The notes below the pieces were generated by a model that worked only from the letters and a program-made list of their open reading frames with translations, did no database searches and had not been told where the DNA came from. DNA of 64,000 nucleotides from a bacterium. GTDB lineage: Bacteria; Patescibacteriota; Minisyncoccia; Phycocordibacterales; UBA6899. Location: NCBI GenBank assembly GCA_043743715.1, contig JAYTWK010000015.1, forward strand, positions 6,576 through 70,575. The letters are read 5' to 3'. Below, in pieces: positions 41,808 to 52,405 of this stretch (position 1 is its first letter; each line of letters begins with the position of its first letter). Position numbers and translations under genes: made by a program.

Positions 41808-42848
41808 ATGTCGAGAATCCAATTACAATTTCTTTTAGTGGTGATGATACTGGGGTTCCTTACCGGACCCCGTGTGTTAACCGCACTTGAAAAAATCGTT
41901 CCAAATAACGGACTCTCAAATACCGAACAAGCATCAGGGATTGTCGCACTAGGAGGGCAGCCTATATCCGGCAGTGGCAGAGCGAGCGATGACCCGTATG
42001 AACGCCTCCATCTCGATGCGCGCAGCGTTTACGTATGGGACAGTCAGACCGGCAAAAAATTGTACGGCAAGAACGAACACGAAGTGCTGCCACTCGCGTC
42101 GGTGACCAAGATGATGATGGCACTTGTGGCGGTCGAACTCTTGCCGCAGAGTACCGAAGTGAGCATCGCACCGATTGACCTCCTCGAAGAAGGCGACACA
42201 GGCCTGTTGGTAGGTGAGAAGTGGGCGCTCTCGGACCTCCTTAAATTCACACTGGTCGCATCATCAAACGATGGCGCAAGCGCAATAGCAAGTGTGGGAG
42301 GAGCATCGCTCATGCGTGAAGCATCATCGACCGATCCGTTCACAAACAAGAGATTGTTCATTAAGCGCATGAATGAGAAAGCCGACTCTATTGGATTATT
42401 GAACACCAGGTTCGCGAACGAAAGCGGCCTCGATATCGACAGTGTGACCGCTGGTGCATATGGCTCGGCGCGCGACATGGCGAGACTATTTGAGTATATT
42501 GCCCGTAAGTATCCTGAACTCTTCGCTGCGACTACTTACTCGAAGATAGACGTGCGCTCCGACTCAAATGTCATCCACCATGTCGCAAACACAAACGCAG
42601 GCGTCGAAGAGGTGACCGGACTCATAGGCTCGAAGACCGGCTACACCGATCTCGCGGGCGGCAATCTTGTCGTGGTGGTCGATATTGGTGTGAGTCATCC
42701 TGTGGTCATCGCAGTACTCGGCTCAACTAAGGGCGGCCGCTTCACTGATGTGAACAAGCTCGTCAATGCGACGGTCGAGAAGATTACCGGCGGCTACGGC
42801 ACAGCGAGCACCACACCAACAACTGCCACTAGCAGTACTGCTGGGTAA
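41808..42848 (+). CDS. D-alanyl-D-alanine carboxypeptidase (peptidase S11)
   Basis: SxxK (ASVTK), SxN (SSND), KTG motifs. Confidence 0.9.
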   Translation: MSRIQLQFLLVVMILGFLTGPRVLTALEKIVPNNGLSNTEQASGIVALGGQPISGSGRASDDPYERLHLDARSVYVWDSQTGKKLYGKNEHEVLPLASVTKMMMALVAVELLPQSTEVSIAPIDLLEEGDTGLLVGEKWALSDLLKFTLVASSNDGASAIASVGGASLMREASSTDPFTNKRLFIKRMNEKADSIGLLNTRFANESGLDIDSVTAGAYGSARDMARLFEYIARKYPELFAATTYSKIDVRSDSNVIHHVANTNAGVEEVTGLIGSKTGYTDLAGGNLVVVVDIGVSHPVVIAVLGSTKGGRFTDVNKLVNATVEKITGGYGTASTTPTTATSSTAG

Positions 42849-42891
42849 GTATTACAATAAATGTAGGGTCGTGCGGTGATTTTGCATTCAC

Positions 42892-42926
42892 TACCTACTA
42901 CTTACTACCTACTAACTACTAACCTC
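42892..42926 (+). repeat. Heptamer tandem repeat ending at the mraY start codon
   Basis: TACCTAC TACTTAC TACCTAC TAACTAC TAACCTC ATG. Confidence 0.8.
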
Positions 42927-43982
42927 ATGATCACCGATGTACTCAAGATACTCATCCCGTCAGCGGTGGCATTCTTCATCGGCATCCTCATCACTCCGAC
43001 CGTTACAGACTTTCTCTACAAACATAAGATGTGGAAGAAATCGAGTGTGAAGCTGGCGATGGATGGACAAGCGGCAACTATTTCCTCGAAACTGCATAAC
43101 GATGAAGAGCGCAAGACCCCGCGCATGGGCGGCATCATCGTCTGGGGGAGTATCGCTCTTACGACAACGCTCTTTTGGGTGATAGCGCATCTGTTTCCGA
43201 CCACTGAAACAGCAAAACTGAATTTCTTTTCGCGCAATCAGACATGGCTACCGTTTTTCATACTTCTCGCAGGAGCCACATGCGGACTCATCGACGACTA
43301 TCTCGTCTGCAACGACAAGGGCACATACAAAGGCGGAGGCCTTTCGCTCAAGACACGCATACTATTTGTCTCTCTCCTTGGTGCGCTCGGTGCATGGTGG
43401 TTCTACGGGAAACTCGGTGTTGACTACGTGCACATACCGTTCTGGGGTGATCTGCATCTTAGACTCCTCTTTATTCCCGTGTTCATCGTCTTTGTCATCG
43501 GCATCTACTCGGGCGGTATTATCGACGGCGTCGACGGACTTTCAGGCGGCGTATTCGCGATCATTTATGCCGCATACGCGGTCATCGCATTCGCCGGCGG
43601 ACAGATCGATCTTGCGGCGTACTCGGCGGTAGTCGTCGGCGGACTCTTGGCGTTCTTGTGGTTCAACATTCCGCCTGCGCGCTTCTTTAATTCCGAGACC
43701 GGTACCATGGCGCTCACCACCTCACTCGTCATTGTCGCATTCCTTACCAAGGCTGTGGTGCCGCTTCTTATCATCGGATTTCTTCTCATTGCGACCAGCG
43801 CATCGAGCATCATCCAGATACTCTCGAAGAAATATCGAGGAGGGAAGAAAGTCTTTATTGTCGCCCCCTTACACAATCACTTCCAAGCGCTCGGCTGGCC
43901 AAGCTATAAAGTGACTATGCGCTACTGGGTCATCGGCATGATGTTTGCGGTAATTGGCGTCATCGTCGCACTAATCGGGTAA
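42927..43982 (+). CDS. mraY: Phospho-N-acetylmuramoyl-pentapeptide transferase
   Basis: TPRMGG, GLIDD, DGVDGL, FLWFN..PA, APLHNHF. Confidence 0.92.
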   Translation: MITDVLKILIPSAVAFFIGILITPTVTDFLYKHKMWKKSSVKLAMDGQAATISSKLHNDEERKTPRMGGIIVWGSIALTTTLFWVIAHLFPTTETAKLNFFSRNQTWLPFFILLAGATCGLIDDYLVCNDKGTYKGGGLSLKTRILFVSLLGALGAWWFYGKLGVDYVHIPFWGDLHLRLLFIPVFIVFVIGIYSGGIIDGVDGLSGGVFAIIYAAYAVIAFAGGQIDLAAYSAVVVGGLLAFLWFNIPPARFFNSETGTMALTTSLVIVAFLTKAVVPLLIIGFLLIATSASSIIQILSKKYRGGKKVFIVAPLHNHFQALGWPSYKVTMRYWVIGMMFAVIGVIVALIG

Positions 43983-44100
43983 CGAGTAATTTTAGCGATC
44001 TGCTTCGTCGCGCGCGCCGAAAACCCCTCCAAAATATATGAATACTCCTCAGGGGTATTCCGACTTCGCTTCTCGCATCTCATCTAAAATAACTTGTTAC
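43979..44100 (-). repeat. Long imperfect hairpin element, copy C
   Basis: On the - strand: GTAACAAGT...AGATGAGATGCGAGA...GACGAAGCAGATCGCT...ACTCGTTAC. Confidence 0.7.
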
Positions 44101-44232
44101 CACCCGGTACAACCCAAAAAGTACTGCTTCGGCATCGCCTCAAATTTGCCTCAAAGCTAGCGCGCTTGCATTCGTCTGAACATTGGGCTCAGGAGCTTCC
44201 ATAAATCAGAAAGTTCGCTATAGTGAATCAAC

Positions 44233-47200
44233 ATGAAGCCCGAAGGAGCGATTGATATATACCTGCAAAAAGTGGCTTCCGGGCTTGCAACGGGTCATGC
44301 GCGTGAACATGCGCATCGACCCGCATTTCAGGAGCTCATCCAATCATTCGAGAAAGAACTCCAGATCGTGAACGACCCAAAACGCAGTGAGTATGGAGCT
44401 CCAGATTTTATTTTTCTGCGTAAGGACCTTACGGTCGGATATGCCGAGACAAAGGATGTCGGCGTGAGTTTGGACAAGACCGAAAAATCTGAGCAGATGG
44501 CTCGTTATCTAGGATACTCAAATCTTATCCTGTCGGACTATCTCGAATTTCGCTTCTTCCGCAATGGCGAACGCTATGCAGAACCAATCATGATTGCGGA
44601 AATGAAGAACGGCACTCTGCTCATGAAGCCCGAGAACTTCAGACTCCTCTCGGATACGATCGCGGACTTCCTCAAGGCAGCGCCAGAGAACATACGCAGC
44701 GGTACTCGCCTCGCGAAGATCATGGGCGGCAAGGCAAGGCGCATCAGGGAGAACGTCGCAAAGTTCATCGAGGATGAATCAGAACGAGGGAGCGAACTAC
44801 GCGCGATCTACGCGATTATCAAGAAGCTTCTCGTTCACGATCTTTCCGCCGAGGCATTCGCAGATATGTACGCACAGACCCTCGTCTATGGGCTTTTCGT
44901 AGCCCGCTATCACGACGAAACACCCGAGAACTTCACAAGGCAGGAAGCGCGCGACCTCGTACCTCCGTCCAATCCTTTTCTTCAGCATTTCTTCGACCAC
45001 ATTGTCGGTCCAAATTTCGACAAGCGTCTCTCGTATATCGTCGACGAGCTTTGTGCGGTCTTCTCAGTCGCAGATGTAAAGAAATTGATGGGAGACTATT
45101 TCAAGCTCGGTGAGAAGGAGAAAGACGCACCCGACCCTGTCATCCATTTCTATGAAGATTTCCTTAAAGAATATGATCCCGCACAGCGACTCAAACTCGG
45201 TGCATTCTACACACCGCTTCCGGTCGTGCGCTTCATCGTCCGCGCGATTGACGACATCCTCATCCGCGACTTCGGGCTCACAGAAGGTCTCGCCGATACC
45301 TCGAAGATCGAGCGCGACGTCGTCATGCAGGGGAGGAAGGGGAAAGAGTCGCTTCATCGCGTGCAGTTCCTTGACCCTGCGGTCGGGACGGGCACATTCT
45401 TGAATGAAGTAGTAAAGGAGATCGCGGAAAAGTTTAAAGGGCAAGAGGGAAGATGGAAGAGCTACGTCGATGCTGAGCTTTTGCCACGCCTCCACGGCTT
45501 CGAGCTGATGATGGCACCGTACACCATCGCACACCTCAAGCTCGCAATGACGCTGCGTGACAGCGGCTATGAAAAGTTCAGTAGGCGACTTGGTATCTAC
45601 CTCACCAATTCGCTTGAAGAAGCGCACGAGGATGACAATTCGCTCTTTGGCCCAGGCGTGACGGGCTCAATAGCACAAGAAGCACTCGACGCATCGGACA
45701 TCAAGAACAACAAGCCAATCATGGTGGTCATGGGGAATCCGCCTTACAGTGGCGTCTCTTCAAATAATGGTGAATTTGCGCAAAATCTTGTAGCGAGATA
45801 CAAAGTCGAACCAGGTGGTCTCAATAAACTCAAAGAACGTAATTCGAAATGGATTAATGATGATTATGTAAAATTTATCGCATTTGCTGAGAGCATGATT
45901 GAAAAGAATGGTGACGGTATTCTTGGCTTCATTACGAATAATGGCTATATCGACAATCCCACATTTCGAGGAATGCGGTGGCATCTCGCAAAGACTTTTG
46001 ACAAAATTTATATAGTCGACCTTCATGGAAATGCAAAGAAAAAAGAAACAGATGCCAGTGGAGGAAAGGATGAGAATGTATTTGACATTCAACAGGGCGT
46101 TGGCATCTTGCTTGCAGTAAAAACAGGGCAGAAGAAAAAAGGTGAACTCGCTCAAGTTTTTCACGAAGAACTTCTCGGTATGCGTAGTAGAAAATTTGAC
46201 ACGCTGAGCAATCATGCAGTTTCATGGAGAGAGGTTGTACTCGATGCAACAACGATGGCTTTTTTGCCAGAAGAAAATCCAGAACTCAAAACAAACTACA
46301 AAAAGTTTATTTCTGTGCGTGAATTATTTCACGAGAACGTACTGGGATTTCAAACACATAGAGACGAATTTGCGATATGCGATAGTCGCGAGGAGGTTGT
46401 TCGACGTTTGGATGTACTTTTATCTGATGTGGATGATAAATTTATCTCAGAGAAGCATAAAGTAAACAACAATAGGGACTGGAACTTAAAAGAAGCGCGC
46501 ATACGATTGCGTACGCAATCTGAAAAAGAACGTAGTAATTTAAATTCGACTTGTTCCTACCGACCTTTTGATACAAAGTGGACCTATTTAGATGAAGTTT
46601 TTTCAGATTATCCTCGAACCACTTTTAAGAAACATTTATTAAATCGAGAAAACTACGTACTTGGCATTGGTCGTCAAGGATTGGCGGTTGGTGGGATTGA
46701 ATGGTGTCTCGTTTTTGTTTCTAAAGATGCAATTGATGCGAACATGTTTCGTCGCGGTGGCATAAACGCATTTCCCCTCTATCTTTACGCCGACGATGGC
46801 TCAAAAGTCTCGAATCTTGATACAAAAATAGTTGAGAAGATTACAAAGAGATTTAAAGAGAATGTTCTTCCTGAAGATATCCTTGATTATGTTTACGCGG
46901 TGCTTCACTCGCCGAGCTATCGTGAAAGGTATAAAGAGTTCCTCAAGATCGATTTTCCGCGTGTGCCGTATCCGAAGGACGAAGCAACGTTCTGGAAACT
47001 CGTTGATAGGGGACGCGAGCTGCGCAAGCTCCACCTCATGGAGTCTCCCATACTCGCGAAGCTCATCACCACATTTCCCGAAGCAGGGGAGAACGTGGTC
47101 GAGAAAATATCATACTCGAACGGAAAAGTATTCATTAACAAAACCCAATATTTCGGCAGCGTCCCCGAGGTAGCATGGAGCTTCTATATCGGCGGCTACC

Positions 47201-47340
47201 AGCCCGCACAGAAGTGGCTCAAGGATCGGAAGGGAAGAGCGCTCACAAACGACGACCTCGTACACTATCAGAAGATCATTGTGGTACTCGTCGAGACTGA
47301 CCGGATCATGAAGGAAATAGGCGGAATCGATTTTCTTTGA
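44233..47340 (+). CDS. Single-chain restriction-modification enzyme (Type IIG/ISP-like: nuclease + N6-adenine MTase + TRD)
   Basis: PD...ETK nuclease motif, FLDPAVGTGTF motif I, GNPPY motif IV, ISP-type C-terminus (IGGYQPAQKWLKDR); no helicase motifs seen. Confidence 0.88.
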   Translation: MKPEGAIDIYLQKVASGLATGHAREHAHRPAFQELIQSFEKELQIVNDPKRSEYGAPDFIFLRKDLTVGYAETKDVGVSLDKTEKSEQMARYLGYSNLILSDYLEFRFFRNGERYAEPIMIAEMKNGTLLMKPENFRLLSDTIADFLKAAPENIRSGTRLAKIMGGKARRIRENVAKFIEDESERGSELRAIYAIIKKLLVHDLSAEAFADMYAQTLVYGLFVARYHDETPENFTRQEARDLVPPSNPFLQHFFDHIVGPNFDKRLSYIVDELCAVFSVADVKKLMGDYFKLGEKEKDAPDPVIHFYEDFLKEYDPAQRLKLGAFYTPLPVVRFIVRAIDDILIRDFGLTEGLADTSKIERDVVMQGRKGKESLHRVQFLDPAVGTGTFLNEVVKEIAEKFKGQEGRWKSYVDAELLPRLHGFELMMAPYTIAHLKLAMTLRDSGYEKFSRRLGIYLTNSLEEAHEDDNSLFGPGVTGSIAQEALDASDIKNNKPIMVVMGNPPYSGVSSNNGEFAQNLVARYKVEPGGLNKLKERNSKWINDDYVKFIAFAESMIEKNGDGILGFITNNGYIDNPTFRGMRWHLAKTFDKIYIVDLHGNAKKKETDASGGKDENVFDIQQGVGILLAVKTGQKKKGELAQVFHEELLGMRSRKFDTLSNHAVSWREVVLDATTMAFLPEENPELKTNYKKFISVRELFHENVLGFQTHRDEFAICDSREEVVRRLDVLLSDVDDKFISEKHKVNNNRDWNLKEARIRLRTQSEKERSNLNSTCSYRPFDTKWTYLDEVFSDYPRTTFKKHLLNRENYVLGIGRQGLAVGGIEWCLVFVSKDAIDANMFRRGGINAFPLYLYADDGSKVSNLDTKIVEKITKRFKENVLPEDILDYVYAVLHSPSYRERYKEFLKIDFPRVPYPKDEATFWKLVDRGRELRKLHLMESPILAKLITTFPEAGENVVEKISYSNGKVFINKTQYFGSVPEVAWSFYIGGYQPAQKWLKDRKGRALTNDDLVHYQKIIVVLVETDRIMKEIGGIDFL

Positions 47341-47365
47341 TCGCGTGATATACTGAGTGGAATCA

Positions 47366-48382
47366 ATGAAATTTACTCGGACAAAAAAACTAGCATTTGT
47401 CAATAATAAGGGTGGGGTTGGAAAAACAACACTTGCTTTTAATTGTGCTGTTTCTTTTGCTAAAGAGGGATATAAAACAGTGCTCATCGATCTCGATCCG
47501 CAATGCAATCTTTCACGGCTCGCAATGGGCGAGAGCTATTATATCGACCATTTATTTTCTCCGCTTGAAAAAACTATTTACGATGTACTGCGCGGGGTGA
47601 TCGAGGGAGGGAGCGACATTGATCTCAGCACAGCTTTTTTGCCGGTACAAGCGCATACAAACCTCTCACTCCTCAAGGGTGACATTAATCTGTCGATGTA
47701 CGAGAGTTTACTTGCGACTGCGTATGGATCAGCGGCTGCGGGTCAACCCCTTGGATACTTTCAGACCAGTGCCATCGATAGGTTTTTGCGTGAAAAGGGA
47801 CTGAAAGAGGAAGTGGACATTTTCATCATCGACACTTCTCCGAGTTTAGGCATTCTCAATCAAACCATACTTCTCGGGACAGACTACTTCGTAGTACCAA
47901 TGATGCCCGATGCGTTTAGTGTGCAAGGTATAGAAAATCTGGGGACTATCTATGAAAGATGGAAGAATCAGTGGCGGGTTACCGCAAAAGCACTTTCTGG
48001 GAATACTGAAACAAAAAATGTACTCCCCGGTGATCCATTGTTTATTGGTTATATCGTCAACTCATACAATGTGTACGGCAAACAGCCGATCGCGGATCAC
48101 CGCTCATGGATGAAAAAAATCCCTGATCACGTGCGGAGATATTTATCAGAAAAGCATTGCCGAAATGGGCTCGTAGAAAAAAGTTGGAAGGAGCCACTGC
48201 AGATAGTCCAAGACTACGGTAGGATACCTGCAAAATGCCAAGAATTGGGCGTCGCGGTATTTGAACTCGACCCAACACTCGTTGAAGATCATCATCAGGG
48301 GACAAAAGATAACATCGACAAATCAAAAGAGGAATTCAAAAATCTTTCCGACCGCATCTTGCAGATCCTTGCCGCTTATTGA
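47366..48382 (+). CDS. ParA/Soj-family ATPase
   Basis: NNKGGVGKTT, DLDPQCNL, IDTSP. Confidence 0.9.
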   Translation: MKFTRTKKLAFVNNKGGVGKTTLAFNCAVSFAKEGYKTVLIDLDPQCNLSRLAMGESYYIDHLFSPLEKTIYDVLRGVIEGGSDIDLSTAFLPVQAHTNLSLLKGDINLSMYESLLATAYGSAAAGQPLGYFQTSAIDRFLREKGLKEEVDIFIIDTSPSLGILNQTILLGTDYFVVPMMPDAFSVQGIENLGTIYERWKNQWRVTAKALSGNTETKNVLPGDPLFIGYIVNSYNVYGKQPIADHRSWMKKIPDHVRRYLSEKHCRNGLVEKSWKEPLQIVQDYGRIPAKCQELGVAVFELDPTLVEDHHQGTKDNIDKSKEEFKNLSDRILQILAAY

Positions 48383-48470
48383 TACTGCATAGGTCGAGAA
48401 ATCCAGCATAAAAGCCTATCACACGCTATTGGGGACAGCGAAAGCTCGATTCTGGGCTATAATACAGACC

Positions 48471-49568
48471 ATGCACAGTCGCGGCGGAGTCGACAGAGTT
48501 TTCTTGGCTATCATCGTTACTCTTATCTCTCTAGGAGTATTGGTGTTTATTTCCGCATCACTCGGCACGCTCTCAAGTAATACCTCGAAATTCACCAACC
48601 TCCTCATCAGCCAGCTCGGCTTCGGGCTTGTGCTTGGAAGCATAGCGATGTACGGTGCATCGCGTCTCAAATATCAGTTCTGGCGCAAGCACGCGTTCTG
48701 GATTTTCCTTATCTCAATTATTCTCTCGGTGCTAGTATTCATTCCTGGAATCGGCATGGAGCACGGGGGAGCACGGCGCTGGATAGACCTGCGAATCACT
48801 ACACTCCAGCCCGGAGAGTTCCTTAAGTTCGGAGTCATCGTCTATCTCGCCGCATGGTTCACCTTTATCAAGAAGCGAATTCACTCGCCGCTGTTTGGTA
48901 TCTATCCACTCATGGGCATGCTCGGTATCGCAGGAGGACTCCTCCTGGCGCAACCTGATACCGGAACTTTCCTCATCGCGGTCGCAGCCGGAGCGGCAAT
49001 GTATATTGCAGCCGGAGCACGCTGGCGCGATATATTTATATTATTTCTACTCGGAATAGTCGTCGTCGGCGCTGTCGCGGTATGGAAACCGTATGTGCGG
49101 GCGCGCATTGTCACACTCATCCATCACAGCGACTTTCAAGGATCGGGCTACCAGCTCAAGCAGTCACTTATCGCCATTGGTAACGGCGGAGTATTCGGAA
49201 AGGGGTTAGGGCAGAGCGTACAAAAATTTAATTATCTTCCGGAAGCACAGGGAGATTCTATCTTCGCAGTCTTAGGCGAAGAATTCGGCTTCGTCGGCTG
49301 CACGGTCATCGTCATGCTCTACGTGCTTTTTGCCCTACGTGGCCTATGGATAGCATCGAAAGCGCCCGATAAGTTCGGTGGACTACTCGCAGTAGGGCTT
49401 GTTATACTTATCACGGCACAGTCATTCATCAATATCGCCTCAATGCTTGCTATCGCCCCACTTACGGGCGTGCCACTCATCTTCATTAGTCAGGGTGGGA
49501 CCGCGTTATTACTTGCTATGGCTGAGGTAGGCATTTTACTTAATATATCCAGGTTTAGAAACACTTAA
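48471..49568 (+). CDS. ftsW: Peptidoglycan polymerase FtsW
   Basis: GARRWI, QPGEFLK, QPDTGT, LPEA..D.IF, PLTGVPL.FIS.GG; next to murG. Confidence 0.92.
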   Translation: MHSRGGVDRVFLAIIVTLISLGVLVFISASLGTLSSNTSKFTNLLISQLGFGLVLGSIAMYGASRLKYQFWRKHAFWIFLISIILSVLVFIPGIGMEHGGARRWIDLRITTLQPGEFLKFGVIVYLAAWFTFIKKRIHSPLFGIYPLMGMLGIAGGLLLAQPDTGTFLIAVAAGAAMYIAAGARWRDIFILFLLGIVVVGAVAVWKPYVRARIVTLIHHSDFQGSGYQLKQSLIAIGNGGVFGKGLGQSVQKFNYLPEAQGDSIFAVLGEEFGFVGCTVIVMLYVLFALRGLWIASKAPDKFGGLLAVGLVILITAQSFINIASMLAIAPLTGVPLIFISQGGTALLLAMAEVGILLNISRFRNT

Positions 49569-49611
49569 ACCACAACATGAACTTTGACCACACACATTAC
49601 CAGACTCACAC

Positions 49612-49741
49612 GCGCAATGATGGAATTTTGGATGCAATGCGGCTTTGTTTTTCGAAGAATGTCGCAGGGGCTGTAGTCGGCTACTGTCACGCGACTTCGC
49701 AGGAAAACAAAGATGCAGTGCGCCGAAATTACGCATTGCGC
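49612..49741 (+). repeat. Long imperfect hairpin element, copy D
   Basis: GCGCAATG...TTGGATGCAATGC...GGCTGTAG..CTACTG...GCAGTGCGCCGAA...CATTGCGC. Confidence 0.7.
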
Positions 49742-49758
49742 AGCTAAACAATTACCAC

Positions 49759-50898
49759 ATGAAGATATTATTTGCAGGAGGCGGTACAGGCGGGCACTTC
49801 TATCCGATAATCGCTATCGCAGAAGAAGTGAATAAGCTGATAGACACGACACACCTCGTGGGTATCGATATGTATTTCATGTCGGACTCTCCGATTGACC
49901 TCGAACTCCTCAAAAAAACCGGCATCACCTATATCGAGGTGCCGGCAGGGAAGCGTCGCACCTATGCTTCGATACAGAACTATCTCGATATCTTTAAGAC
50001 GCTTTACGGCTGCGTCGTTGCGACGTGGAAGATATTCTTCCTCTATCCCGACGTGGTCTTCGGCAAGGGCGGCTATGCCAGCTTCCCGGCGATGTTCGCT
50101 GCAAAGCTCCTGCGTGTGCCTGTGGTCATTCACGAATCCGACACCGTGCCAGGGAAGGTCAATAAATATATCTCACAGCATGCACAGAAGATAGCCATCT
50201 CATACCCTGAAGCCACGCAGTTCTTCCCGAAAGGAAAAGGTATGCAGGAGAAGATGGCGCTCACAGGCCAGCCGGTGAGGAAAACATTGCTTGAGATGCC
50301 GCCCGAAGATCCGTATGAAATATTCCACCTTGAAGCGAATATTCCTATCATTTTAGTGCTCGGTGGCTCACAAGGCTCGGAAAACATCAACGAGAACTTA
50401 ATCGACATCATGCCTCGACTGGTACAGAAGTATCAGGTCATTCATCAGACTGGCGAAAGCAACTACGAGTGGATGAAGAAACGCGCAGCAGGAGCACTCG
50501 CAGGGATAACGCATAACGAGCGTTATCATCCCTTCGGTTTTCTTGAGGTCAAGCAATTGCGCATTGCCGCGAAAGGCGCATCGCTCGTCGTTTCGCGTGC
50601 GGGCTCGACTATTTTTGAGATATCACTCTGGGAGAAACCGTCTGTTCTCATCCCGCTCGCCATCGCGCGCGATGACCATCAGCGCAAGAATGCCTATAGC
50701 TATGCGCGCAGCGGGGCAGCACTTGTGGTCGAGGAGCAGAATCTTAAACCCGAACTATTTTACAATGCGGTCGAAGGAATTATGGATGATCCTGCGCGTC
50801 AGCAGGTGATGATCGAAGGAACCAAGCAGTTCGCGAAAGTTGATGCAGCAGAAAAAATTGCACAGTTACTACTCTCGATATCAACGCATCACGAATAG
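49759..50898 (+). CDS. murG: UDP-GlcNAc:lipid I transferase MurG
   Basis: GGGTGGH, GGYAS, HESD, GGSQG, HQ..NA. Confidence 0.95.
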   Translation: MKILFAGGGTGGHFYPIIAIAEEVNKLIDTTHLVGIDMYFMSDSPIDLELLKKTGITYIEVPAGKRRTYASIQNYLDIFKTLYGCVVATWKIFFLYPDVVFGKGGYASFPAMFAAKLLRVPVVIHESDTVPGKVNKYISQHAQKIAISYPEATQFFPKGKGMQEKMALTGQPVRKTLLEMPPEDPYEIFHLEANIPIILVLGGSQGSENINENLIDIMPRLVQKYQVIHQTGESNYEWMKKRAAGALAGITHNERYHPFGFLEVKQLRIAAKGASLVVSRAGSTIFEISLWEKPSVLIPLAIARDDHQRKNAYSYARSGAALVVEEQNLKPELFYNAVEGIMDDPARQQVMIEGTKQFAKVDAAEKIAQLLLSISTHHE

Positions 50899-51037
50899 GT
50901 GGCACTGCAGTAGATGGGGGTGAGTACATACTAGGTAGCAGATGCAATTCTTCGTATTTCCCTGCCTACTGTCTACTAACTACTATTTTTAGCTTTCCCA
51001 TGGAAATGTCCGAGAAAATAGGGCATAATCGATAGAT

Positions 51038-52405
51038 ATGCCCGAAGCAGAGCCACAAAAAGTTGTCACCAGATTTGCACCCAGCCCGACGGGCTTTCTT
51101 CATGCCGGAGCTTACCGCACGGCGATTTTCTCATATCTCTATGCACGCAAGAACGGCGGTCGCTTTGTCCTGCGCATCGAAGACACCGATAGGGACCGCT
51201 CAAAGAAAGAGTATGAAGATAATATTCTCGAAAGTCTTGCCTGGCTCGGACTCTCACATGACACGTTTGTACGCCAATCGGAGAATGTCGCGCGCCACAA
51301 AGTCGTGCTCGAAAAAATGATTGTCGATGGCCACGCATATGTGTCAAAAGAACCGGCAAAGGACGGCTCGGGTATCATCAAAGAGATAGTGCGTTTCAAA
51401 AATCCAAACATCGAGGTCACATTTCATGATGCAATCAAGGGTGAAGTGATGATGCATACGGAAGACCTTGGTGATTTTGTCATCGCAAAAAGTATTGAGC
51501 AACCTTTGTTTCATCTCGCCGTAGTTGTCGACGACTGGGATGAAGGCGTCACCCATGTGATCCGTGGCGAAGATCATGTATCGAACACCCCAAGGCAAAT
51601 GCTCATTCAGCGAGCTATCGGTGCGCCGACTCCAACATACGCGCATCTGCCGCTCGTTCTCGGAGTCGATAAACAAAAGCTCTCCAAACGTCGTGGGGCT
51701 CTTGCACTCACCGAATACCGCGTACGTGGATATCTCCCCGAAGCGATACTGAATATGGTCGCAATGATTGGATGGAATCCCGGCACCGACCAAGAAGTAT
51801 TCACCCGCGAAGAACTCACGACCGCATTCTCGCTTCTGCGTATTCAGAAAAGTTCCGGAGTATTCAATCCCGAAAAGCTCGAATGGATGAACAAAGAGCA
51901 TATCGGCAGACTCACAAATGACGAACGTTTTGATTTGGTCAGAGGATACCTTAGCGAGTCTATCGTAACTCTTCCGAATTTCAGCGACGAGAGACTGCGC
52001 GCAATACTTCCGATAGTCATTGAACACATCACCAACTTTGGTCAGGTGCGCACCATGTGCGAAGGCGGTGAGCTTTCGTTCTACTTCACCGCACCAACCT
52101 ATCCCAAAGAAAAACTGCTGTGGAAAGACGAGACCGATGTCACAAAACTTACTACTCGACTCTTAACTATTCAGGCGCTCTTGGAAGGCGTCCCGGAAGT
52201 TGATTTCAACGCACTAAACGTCAAAAACGCCCTTTGGAGCTACGCGGAAGAGGAGGGGAGGGGTCAGGTGCTTTGGCCACTACGCTACGCCCTTTCTGGG
52301 CGTGATAAGTCCCCTGACCCGTTCCAAATAGCCAGCATCATCGGCAAAACTGAATCTGTACACCGTGTCGAATCGGCCATCGCTTTATATCATGCGGACA
52401 AGTAA
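51038..52405 (+). CDS. gltX: Glutamyl-tRNA synthetase
   Basis: RFAPSPTG, RIEDTD, RGEDH, KLSKR. Confidence 0.96.
   Translation: MPEAEPQKVVTRFAPSPTGFLHAGAYRTAIFSYLYARKNGGRFVLRIEDTDRDRSKKEYEDNILESLAWLGLSHDTFVRQSENVARHKVVLEKMIVDGHAYVSKEPAKDGSGIIKEIVRFKNPNIEVTFHDAIKGEVMMHTEDLGDFVIAKSIEQPLFHLAVVVDDWDEGVTHVIRGEDHVSNTPRQMLIQRAIGAPTPTYAHLPLVLGVDKQKLSKRRGALALTEYRVRGYLPEAILNMVAMIGWNPGTDQEVFTREELTTAFSLLRIQKSSGVFNPEKLEWMNKEHIGRLTNDERFDLVRGYLSESIVTLPNFSDERLRAILPIVIEHITNFGQVRTMCEGGELSFYFTAPTYPKEKLLWKDETDVTKLTTRLLTIQALLEGVPEVDFNALNVKNALWSYAEEEGRGQVLWPLRYALSGRDKSPDPFQIASIIGKTESVHRVESAIALYHADK

Noticed and set aside
44112-44190. Possible seventh, degraded hairpin element (TGCTTCGGC...GCATTCGTCT)
   Set aside because: Too short and too weakly paired to assign by eye.
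49645-49758. N-terminal extension of murG in the ORF track
   Set aside because: It is translated hairpin copy D; the real start is MKILFAGGG at 49759.
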